Assembly: GCF_037042905.1 (NCBI RefSeq)
Contig: NC_087245.1
Location: forward strand, 25,484,001-25,548,000
Source: Lytechinus pictus
Taxonomy: Eukaryota
Direction: 5' to 3'
Length of the DNA: 64,000 nt
Shown: positions 40,459 to 51,700 of the stretch, one piece after another
Layout of the letters: every line of letters starts with the position of its first letter
Position numbering within the stretch: the stretch's first letter is position 1
Translations under genes and position numbers: made by a program
Notes under the pieces: generated by a model
Told to the model about the DNA's origin: nothing
What the model saw: the letters and a program-made list of their open reading frames with translations, nothing else
The model's database searches: none

Positions 40459-42937
40459 GGACAGTTGGTCATAAACTAAAAAAGATCTCCCCTGGCGACC
40501 CTAAGGAAAATGTAAACATAAATGTAGAGGCCCATATTCTGAAGCCCAAACTGAAAGCCATGGTCTAAATCTTGGCATAAATTATGGAGTTATCAATTAC
40601 AGTTCATTGATTACTAAAAGAATAACAATTCTCAACCTGAAAGATATCAGAAATGAATTCAAAATATTTAATTCAGAGCACTTTCACATTAAGTGTGTGT
40701 ACAAAACAGTGACGTTATATACATGTCTCAATGTGAACATACAATGCATGTCTACAAGTAGATTACATGGCAAAACACACAGAACAAAAATCCTAAATAT
40801 ACAGGAAAAAGGTGAAAATCAAGAAGGAAAAGGTATGTTTACAACTTGTATCGTTCATTATTTTCCCAAACAGGAAAAATACAAATGAAAAATAGATTGC
40901 TAATAGTAATACGGAGGAATCAAGAAGTACAGTGCATATTACCAAAAATTATACACTTTGAAAAATCCCTCTAGTTGAAATTTTACAACAGTGGTACTTG
41001 CTTGAGCGTAAACTTTTTGTCATTTGCTTAAAGAGACATGTACCAATACATAAATGTGGGAAAAATTTTACCACATCTCACATATTCAATTGAAAAGGAT
41101 TTTCCTTCAAAGAGTATACTTTTTCATATACGAAAAGTTGTCAAGCTTCAATCCATTGTTCACATTTATGTTCATTATCCCTCTTACTTGTCATAACCTC
41201 CTTGCCAAATTTCAAATATGAGATTTAAATAGTGTAGGTAATTTCAAACAGCCACAATTGTCTAATTTCTGGTCAAATTTCTTTCAACATTCAACCTCCT
41301 GTTTTTTTGGTTGTATTTCTATACTTTATAAATCAGTCATTAGGTTGGATGCTCACTGGACCACAGTTCAGAATACCAACCTACACTGGCCGCACAGAAT
41401 CGTTATAATGCACTAACGGAGGCTCTGTTACAACCGGTGATGTTGCAGTGATGCCTAACGTCACAACCACACGTTACTTACATCTTGGAACAACGTTTGA
41501 CATCATAACTCAAAAGGTGTAAATGGGCATACAGTTAGTGCGCTGTTAGCGCTAACAACGTTTCGGTGTGGCTGGTACAGGGAAATATCTTGTAACTGGC
41601 TGTAGAATTGTACATATTTAGTAATTCAATCATGATTCTACTCTACGATTCATCAACCATTCATAGGCTTGTTGTTGAAGAAATACAACATAGGTTACTA
41701 GTAATATACAACTCATTCCTTTTAAAGTGACATAGTTGGTGAATATGGAATGGCAGAAAAGGGAATTAATAAAATATCAATGAAATGAATAATACTGTAT
41801 AGGGTTTTGTCTAGGGTAACAGATTGAGTTCAACACTTACAGTATCTGGAGTTCAAACAACCTAAAAATTGGGTTCAAATTGCGGGGAAAAAAAACCTGA
41901 TCTGAATAAAGCAAATTTCAAAAAGTGCAATTCTTCTTAATTGAATGGACATGACACTTTATACAATTTCAAAGCATCATTATTCAATTTACAGTATTTA
42001 AACAGATCTTGTTGAGTTAATCAGATATATTTAACATTTAATAAAATAAGCAATGACTTTAACAGAATTTTACTACACTGTTGCATTTTTGTGCACATAT
42101 GTCTATTATGTGACACAATGGCCAAAATTCACAAAGGTGGTTTCAATCGTACCATGGATAAAATCATGGAATATAAAGATTTCTTGTATTATTGTGCCTC
42201 ATTTCAAGCATTAACTTATGGTTGGACTTTTCTAAGCATATGCAATGATATAAGCATAATTGCGTACAAAAACTCTGCATACGCTTTTTCTTTGTACCAT
42301 GGTACAATTGAAATCAACTTTATGAAATCGGGTCAAAAAGTATATTTTTTCTATAAGTGCTCAATAAAATCTGGTTAAATTTGTAGTAAGTATGGCTTTT
42401 CAGTTTTCTGCAAATTATGTTATGGGGTGAAAGGGAATTTTACAAATCATTCCATGGCTGTGATGTTACCTTTTACAATTATATTTTGTAAAATACTTTC
42501 TGTATAATATTCTATGGACATATCCTTGACACATCCTGCAATGCACTGGTATAACTTGAAGTAGAAATCTAAGGATCTTTCTCAAGATACCCATTCTAAC
42601 TTTCAAAAAGTGATACACATCTTTGAAAAGGGGAGCAAATTACATTATACTTACAGCCTATGAATTAATATGCCAACGGTGATTATCCAGGATTTACATC
42701 ATCTTCAAATCAAAGTAAATGCTCTTTCCCACAATAAATGATAAGATGCATTTAGATGTCTTAGCCCTTGATATTCCAGTTAGAAAACCAGTTTGTGTGT
42801 TGGCAATCATACAATAAGAAAACATAATGACATTTCATATCTCAAAATAAATTTATCACATATCTAATGATTATCTATGATACAATGTACACCACTTGTC
42901 CATAATCAATATGATTAATGCTAGAATACTACCAAGG

Positions 42938-45774
42938 TCATCGCCTGTCTCTTTCTCTTCTCCTATCTATTCGTTCTTTATCCCTTCTATCATGCCTATC
43001 TGATATGTAATCCTCCTTCTCATAGCTTCGGTCCCTTCTTCCTTCTCTTTCATAAGAATTCTTGTACCCATCATTCTCTCTACTTCTGCTATCCACAGGA
43101 TATGAGCGTACATCTTCTCTTCTTCTAATGTCCTCTCTCCGCTCTTCTTGCCGTCTTCTCACATCATCCTTTTCAGGTCTTCTATAATCTTCCCGTACAT
43201 GATTGACCTCTCTACGTTCTTTGCTCTCCTTTTCATTATCTTCCTCCTCTTCACTCTCATCACTATCACTACTATCTTCATCACTCTCACTTTGCTCTTT
43301 GGCATGTCCACGCTGATCTCTCATCTGCCCTGCACTTTTTCTCTTCTCTTCCTTTTCTCTTTCCGCACTATCACTCTCCTCACTATCACTACTATCTTCG
43401 CTCTCACTCTCACTTTCACTCTCGCTCTCTGTTACATGCTCACGTTGCTCTTTCATCCGTTGTTCTTCTCTTCCTTTAGAGGAAACTTTTTCACTTTCAC
43501 TCTCTTCACTATCACTATCCTCACTATCACTATCATCGCTATCATTTTCACTCTCATCACTGTCGCTCTCCTCACTCTCATCTCTTGCATTCTTGGAAAC
43601 ATGAATTCTTTCCTCTTCTTCCCTCTCCGTGCCCCTCTTTTCATTTATCCTTCCATCATTTTTCTTTACTTCTCCTTCGCTCTCTTCTTCACTACTGGAA
43701 TCATCAGTTGAATTATCCTCACTGCTATCATCCTCTTCACTGCTAGATTCTGTAACTTCTACCTTCTTTTTTCTTTGATCCCTATGCCTCTCCTCACTTT
43801 GATTTTCTCTTCTTTCATCTGATCTCTCCCTTTCCAATTCCTCTTTTCTATCCCTATTACGTCTTTCAGAGTTTTCACGTTCATAAAAACCTCTATCATC
43901 AATTCTTGGTCTTGTTTCTCCTCTCTCATTCCTTCTCTGTTTTGAGCTATTATCAATTTCATACTCCTGTTCTTCATCACGTCTTCTACTATTGTCATTC
44001 CTATTTCTATTGCCAGTTTCAACCCCTTCTTCTCTCACTCTTCTTCTTTTGATTCTATCATTCTCATCAGACATATCAGAGTCCTGCTTATTTTCGTGTC
44101 TTCTTTCTCCTGTTGCTTTTCTCCTTTCTTTTCCCTCTCCTCCCCTTTGGTTATCTTCTCTTTCATTCCAATTTCTTTGTTCCCTTGACCCTCTTCTCCT
44201 TTCATCATCAGAACTCTCCTCTCTTGTTCTCTCTATCCTTCTATCTTCATCTCTCCCCTTTCTCTCATTCTCTCTTACACTTCTATTCCTCTCTGATATC
44301 TCCTCTCTGTGACCCTTATCCTTTGACCTAACACTATCTTCTTCCTCAGAAGTATGTTTTCCCCTTCTTCTTTCATCCCCTCTCCCTCTCCTTTCACTAG
44401 CATTTCTCCTATTCTTCTCTTCCACCTCTCTGTACCTTCTCATATCCTCCCTCTCAGAAGATTCCTCTCTGTCTCTCCTTCTCTCTTCATCCCTTTCCTC
44501 CTTTCCACCTCTTCTCTTCTCCTCCTTATCTCTTGACCATCCCATACGTTCATCAGAAGATGAGTCCTCTTCCCTTCTTCTCCTTTCATTCTTCTTAATC
44601 TTTTCTTTTCCCTTGTTGCGTTTATCATCAGAGTCTACATCCTCTTCCTGTTCTCTCCTTCTCTCCACATCCCTCTCTCTTCTTTGATTTTCTTCCCTTG
44701 GTCTTTGTCTATCATCCTTTCCTCGTCTCTGTCTCACATTTTCTTCCTCCTCACTCTCATCCCTTTGCCGCTCACGTTTATCTCTCTTTTCTTCTCTTCT
44801 GTCTCTCCTATCTTTATTATGATTCCTTCTACTATCTTCAGACTCATTTTCTTCCATAGCATATTTATTCCTTCTACCTCTACTTTCCTCTTGTTTTCTT
44901 CTGACTTCCTCACCATCGTCACTTTCCTCTTGTTTTCTCCTTTCCTTCCTTTCCTCTTCTTTATTTCTTCTCGCTAGTTCTTCGTCACTATCATCTCGAC
45001 TTCTCTTCTTTTCCTTGCTCCTTCTCTCCTTATTCCCATTCAGCCGTTCTCTCATCCTCATAGCTAGTTCTTTGTCACTATCTTCATTTTGATCCTTTGC
45101 CTTACTCTTTCTTTCTTCTCTCTCTCCTTTCTTAAGTCGTTCTCTCATTCTTGTGTCTAAATCTTCATCACTATCCTCTCGATGTCTCCTCTTTTCCTTA
45201 TTCTTTCTTTCAACTCTCTCATCCTCCCTCCTCAATTGTTCTCTTAACCTCGCTGCTAGTTCTTCATCACTATCAGCCCTATCTCTCCTCTTTTCTTTAC
45301 TTCTTTCCTTTTTATCATCTTCCCTTCTTAGTTTTTCTTTTCTCCTATCAGACTGTTCTTCACCACTGTTTCTTTCATCTACTTCCCTTGTATGTCTTCT
45401 CTGATCCTGATTATCTTTCTTTTCTCTTTTTCTGTGTTCCCTGTCATCCTCTTTTCTGTGTTTGTCGTCGCTTCTTCTCTTTTCCCTCTCACCTTCCCTC
45501 TCCTTTGCCCTTCGGCTAGCCCTATCTGATTCATGACCTGTTTTACCCCCTCTATCTCTGTCTTCTACATGGTGTCTATTTCTTTTCTGTGGAATGTCAT
45601 CAGTAACTTCTTCACTCTCTTCACTGCTGCTATCTACCTTCCTCTGTCTTTCATTCGATTTCTTGTGTCTTGAATCTCTTTTATGATGAGAGTCTGTTTT
45701 AGTCCGACGCTTATCTTCTTCTCTACTTCGCCTTGAAGATATTTCCTTCCCTTTTCTTCTATTGGCAGAGTTTC
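42938..45774 (-). CDS. CWC22: CWC22 terminal coding exon, ~944 aa R/E/D/S/K-rich disordered tail
   Basis: ctcacag acceptor at 45775-45776. I read the frame as open from 45772 into ORF 42938..45235 and on to TGA; phase matches the previous exon. Confidence 0.88.
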
Positions 45775-48700
45775 CTGTGAGAAATAAAATAATAGAAGAA
45801 CTTGGAGTGTCTTACTTCAAAATTCAAGATGTTGTTTAAACGTTGGCTCAAATGTAAAAACATTAGGGAACTAACTCAGCCCCCCCTTGATTTTCTTTTA
45901 CAATAAATCTGTGTTAAAGGTGAAAAGATTGCCATCCCCTCAACAATTTTGTTACACAATTATTACAGTGAAAAGCTTTTGCAGAAACTTTTCAAGACTC
46001 ATTTTTATCAAGGCTTAGGCAACTTTTGAGACCAAACTTGCAATGCCTGAATACATGGTCCAAAGTAAGTGCATGCCAGACCCCAAACTGCTCAAAAATG
46101 TGATTTTATCAACAACTCCAATTCAAAATCTGTGTCTAGCAAAAATAGGTAATTATTCTTACTTCCACTTTTAAAAACTAATGAATATGTTTATTTTGTC
46201 TCATCTCGGCTGAGATTGTCTTAGACCTAACACTGATTATTCTAAATTCTCATAAAAAATGAATATCTCTTAAACTCTTACCTGAGCTTTGATCGTCTGA
46301 TTCCTCATCTGAAGATTCATCTTCATTCCCACTATCTGTTGATTCAGGCCTTCTTCTCCGTTTCTTATCTTTCTTTTTCTTCTTCTTTCTCTTTCTTTCC
46401 TCTTCCTCATTATCCTCACTGCTACTTTCATGTCTCTTCTTCTTCTTCTTTTTCGTCCTTCTGTCTTCTTCCGGACTTTCTTCGCTGCTACTTTCTCCCT
46501 CCTCTTCCTCACTATCACTCTCATCACTGTCACTCTCTTCTAAGGGCTGTTGCTGCTGCATGATCTGTCGTTGAAAGTTCTTGAGATGATCACGAAGGTT
46601 ATCCCTGCAAAAGATAATCAATCACTAAGGTTGTCTCTAAAGAATAATCAGTCATGCTTCAATAATTGCTGCTTGATCTTATTTGATTGTTATTATAATA
46701 ACAAACTATCAGCCAAAATCACATCATTTCAGTAGCTTTAACTGCAATTGCATACTTGTTATTGTTAAAAGTATTTATGAAATGGATCCCTGAAGTTGGG
46801 TGTTCTTGAGAAGACAAATAGGTTATAAAGGAAAATTAATCATTATATATATATATATATATATAAAAGAGTATTTTGGCCTGCATGATTTGCCTCTGTA
46901 ATATCAGAGCATACTGCACAAAGCTTTGAAAACTGATGAATTCTCCATAGGCATATGTACAAACTTACTATGTAATATCGTGTTATATTGCAGGGTCTCA
47001 TCAATATAGATTAACTAAAAACTCAAATAATTATTTCGGATTGATTTTCTTTATGAGATACCAGAAACATTCTGCTTGTATATTCTGCATGCTAGGGTGA
47101 ATATTGCACTCATCTTCAGTTCGTACATTATTAGCCAAACTTGTTGGTTATTTTTCGGTATCACATGAAGAGCCATCCACTATTATATTATTATCAATCA
47201 TAATTAACCATAGTCTAGTAACTGATGCATGATCTGGCACTGAATTTATAGAAATTTAATATGAATTTCAAGAATTAGAATTGGAATATTTTTAATATTA
47301 TTATTTGAACCTTCATTGATCTAGAATTACCTTTAAATTTGATTATGTGATGTGAAATTCATTCCAAATTAGTCAAAACTGAGTCAAAACATGTAATTAC
47401 TGTTAAAAGTATAACAGATTTGAACATTTCTTATCCATTTGACTGGATGGGGCAAAACCACTTCCCAAAAGTCACTGAAAATTTACATACATATGAATTT
47501 AGATGAATTAGATGTGACCTGAAACTCATGCCATATGACCAATGACACCTGGGTCCCTTTTCATTAAGACTTGTTATAATAATAAATGCAAGATTTCTAT
47601 AACAAAATTACTATCAGCCAATCAGATTGAATGATTTCAATAGCTTATGAAGGGACAGTGATTTTCCGCGATCGCGGAAAACGGACAGAATTCATGGAAA
47701 GTGGCATTTCAAACGGAAAATCACGGAAAACATATTTTTCCTCAGAATACACGGAACAGCAACAGAAATTACTCCAAAATCTCAACAAAATAGGAATATT
47801 AAATGGCCACAAAACACGATCTCACTTCACTACAAAGTATGACAATCCACACATCGTGACTGCTCCGTACCCCTCACCCGCGCCGCGCCCCGGCCCTTGG
47901 CCGACGGCGGGGTCGGCCATATCGAAAACATTCACATGCACACATCGTTTGATTTAACAACACGGTCGTGTGTTGCTGCCCTCTACGTTTGAAGATGTAA
48001 CAGCACGATATTCCGGTCTTGAAATCGAAAATGGCGGATAGGCTAAAGTCGTTGACTGCTCAAAACGATGTCCAAAAAAACCCCCAAAATTTTCGATAAA
48101 ATTTCATTCAACTGTAAACTAATGCTAATAATGTGAAAGGTGAGGATCTATTCATGTTAATGTGTTTGTCAAAATATTTTGTGTACCCCTATAGATCCGA
48201 TTAGAGCGGATTCTACTGCATTTGTGGTACAGTGACAGGAAGAGCGCTCAACCTGTTGGCAGCTCCTCTATCTGCTCTCTATTTCTTTGCTTAATTCGAG
48301 TGACTTTTGTTGTTATCTGGAACCAAATTATCAACAGTGGATTTGAATTCATCTATAGATTGTTCTGGACAAGTTTTGTTGAATTTGAGTCACAGGTTTT
48401 AAAGATCTGGACTTGTACTTTTCTTACTTCCAACTTCACACTGCTGTAATGTAGCCATGTTGTTGATCTTGCACAGTGTACTCAGTAGTATTGATACTCA
48501 CTCAAGCCTGATTATCACCTTTACCAATGCCCTATTGTAAAGGACAAGCAGGACTGTCCACAACAATGGATGCAGTCAAGTGTTTTACAATTGTGTTTCT
48601 TCTTGGACTGTGCCTTGGACATGATAATGGTCAGCATTTTATCAAACATGTACTTAAGCCTACATGTACTGTACCACAACCGTTCTTGTCCACTTCTGCA

Positions 48701-51700
48701 TGTGTTAGGAGATTCTACGGTAGACGAATTAACTATTACCCGAATTCAGATGCTTCTTACCAAATATCCCTTTTGAAGGATGGCGATATTAGTCCTAATC
48801 CTGGGCCTGATGTTGGTTGCGGCAGCTGTGATACAGCGCCAAAGACTATTACCTATACCAGGGAACAGTTGTATGATGTCGCCCATCATGATATTTGCCA
48901 CCAGCGTCTATCTCCTGTACTGTGGAAGAAGCTTACTACCCTTGGAATCTCGCACAAGAAGAGAACAAAACGTAGTAAGAGAACATGGATGAAAAGGAGG
49001 AATAAGATCTTGCGATCATCTTTATCCACTTTCCCGGATGATAAATCTCCTACTAAAGACACTTCATTGACCTGCATTTCATCTGGTGAGGCAGACTTTA
49101 GTCTTGTATGTAATAAAGGTCTGAAGAAAGGAAATCAGACTGTAATTGGCCTTTGGAATGCACGTTCTTTGAGCAATAAAACAGTGTGCACATGTGATCT
49201 AATCCTGGATAACAACCTTGACGTACTAGTTGTCACAGAGTCATGGCTCACAGGAGATTGCAGGGATGACACTGTTATAGCTGACTTAAAGTCAACGCTT
49301 CCCAATTATGAAATCATACATTGTCCTCGAAAGACCTCTAGAGGAGGAGGCATATGTGTCATCCATCGATCATCTGCCACCACATCCGTAAAGGAAATAC
49401 ACAAGTTTTCATCTTTCGAGCTCCTGGACCTTAGCATCCGTTTCTCACCGTCGTCAGTTCTGCATCTGTATGCAGTTTATCGACCGCCACCTTCTTCTTC
49501 GAACAAACTGACTTGCGGAATGTTCACATCTGAATTCTTCACTCTCTTGGAGTCTGCAGCTATCGATGATAATTGTCCCCTAATAGTTGGGGACTTCAAC
49601 ATTCATGTTGATAACACTAGTGCAAGCTATGTAAGAACCTTCCTTGGTTCTCTGGACTCACTTGGATTTCAGCAGCATGTTCAGGAGCCAACTCACCGTG
49701 CTGGACATACCATAGACTTAATCATTTCAAGGAGAGTTGATGACATAGTCTCTGGTATCCATCTTCTGTCCAACCTGCCTTCTGATCATTCTGCTGTCAT
49801 TGCAACAATTAAGACTGAAAGTTCTGGGAATCCAAGGAAGCGGATCACGTACAGGAAGTTACAGAGTATAGATATCTGCTCCTTCAGACAAGACATTTTG
49901 AATTCATTAGTCATGTCTTTGTTATCGTCTTGTCCTACAGCATCTGTAAACATGTATAATATGAAATTGTTGGATCTCCTCAATAAGCATGCTCCTGTAG
50001 AAAGTAAGGTCATCACAATCAAGCCCAAAGCTCCATGGTATAGTGAAGAAATCAAGGAAGCGAAGAGGTGCAGACGTCGTGCTGAGCGACTGATGCTGAA
50101 ATCTGGACTTTGTATTCATAAACAGCTTTACAGGCAGGAATGTGACTCTTACTACAGTAAACTCTTTGAGGCTAAGTCAAGCTACTTCAAAGGTGAGATC
50201 GCGGGATCAGATTCAAAGCAGCTGTTCCAGATCGTGAAGAAATTGTCTTCACCTCTGCAGTCCACCACACTTCCTGATCATGACTCTGATGAGGACCTTG
50301 CCAACAGATTTGGGGAGTTCTTCGAGAATAAGGTCGCGTCTATCATTTCTTCATTCAACGTCCCTTTTTCTGATGATCTATTACTGCCTTCTCAGACTGG
50401 GATTTCACATGACTCCAACCTTTCAGAATTTGACCTTGTTTCTGAAATGCAGGTTAAGCGTGTCATCAAGTCACTTCCTTCGAAATCTTGTAGCTTGGAT
50501 CCCCTCCCAACTTGGCTAGTGAAGGCATGCCTCGACGAACTCCTGCCTGTTATAACTCTCATCATGAACCTTTCCATATCATCTGGTGTTGTTCCTGAGT
50601 CTTTTAAAACAGCCTGTGTTTTGCCACTTTTGAAAAAACCAAGCCTGGAAACTAATGATTTCAAGAACTACAGACCTATTGCTAATTTGCCATTTCTTAG
50701 TAAAGTTCTTGAAAGAATTGTTGCTGCTCAGCTCCGAACTCACCTTGATGAAAAAGGGCTGTTTCCACCAAATCAGTCAGCTTATCGCCACTTTCATTCT
50801 ACTGAAACGGCCCTGTTAAAGGTTCAGAATGATCTTCTGCTTGCTGTGGATAAAGGACAAGAGGCTGTTCTTATCCTTTTGGATTACTCAGCTGCGTTTG
50901 ACACGCTGGACCATGGTGTTCTTCTTCAACGTTTGGAACATGATTACGGCTTCAGTGGAACTGTTCTTCTTTGGTTGGAATCCTACCTTGCCGGACGAAG
51001 CCATAAGGTTGTCGTGAATGGTTCATTTTCTAAACCCTTTTCTCTGCCCTATGGTGTCCCGCAAGGCTCCGTTATCGGACCTCTCTTGTATATCCTATAT
51101 ACTGGTCCTTTAGGAAGGATTATCAACTCTCATACAGGTATCCAGTATACTACCTATGCTGATGATACTCAGATATATCTCACCATGAAGCCAGCGGATC
51201 GAGGAGTTGCTGTTCAAAGACTGTCTGCCTGTATTGCTGATATCAAGCGTTGGTCATTCGACAACAAGGTTCAGCTCAATGAACTAAAAACTGAGATGCT
51301 GCATGTTTTCTCTAGGTTTAGGAGTTCAGGTCATTTACCTTGTTTAGATTTTCTCGCTGGAAATATCAGTGGTTCAGATACTGTAAGGGATCTTGGAGTT
51401 ATTATTGATAACAACTTGACCCTTAACCAGCATATCAGAAATGTTTGTCGTTGTGCATCATGGGGTATTTGTAAGATAGGGAAGTTAAGAAAGTATCTTG
51501 ATAAATCATCTACTGAACGTATAGTACATGCCTTTGTATCATCCCATTTAGATTATTGTAATGCTTTACTTGCTGGTTTACCTCAATCTAGTATAGCCTC
51601 CCTTCAAAGAATTCAAAATACTGCAGCTAGATTGGTAACCCTCACTAAGAAATTTGAACATATCACCCCTATTCTCTACTCCCTCCATTGGCTTCAGGTT

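Noticed and set aside
40667..40672. ATTAAA as the CWC22 poly(A) signal (would give a ~2.3-kb 3' UTR)
   Set aside because: Plausible, but cannot be told from chance hexamers in AT-rich DNA without 3'-end data.
43148..45519. Hydrophobic L/S/F/I-rich plus-strand ORFs
   Set aside because: Antisense shadows of the purine-rich CWC22 terminal exon.
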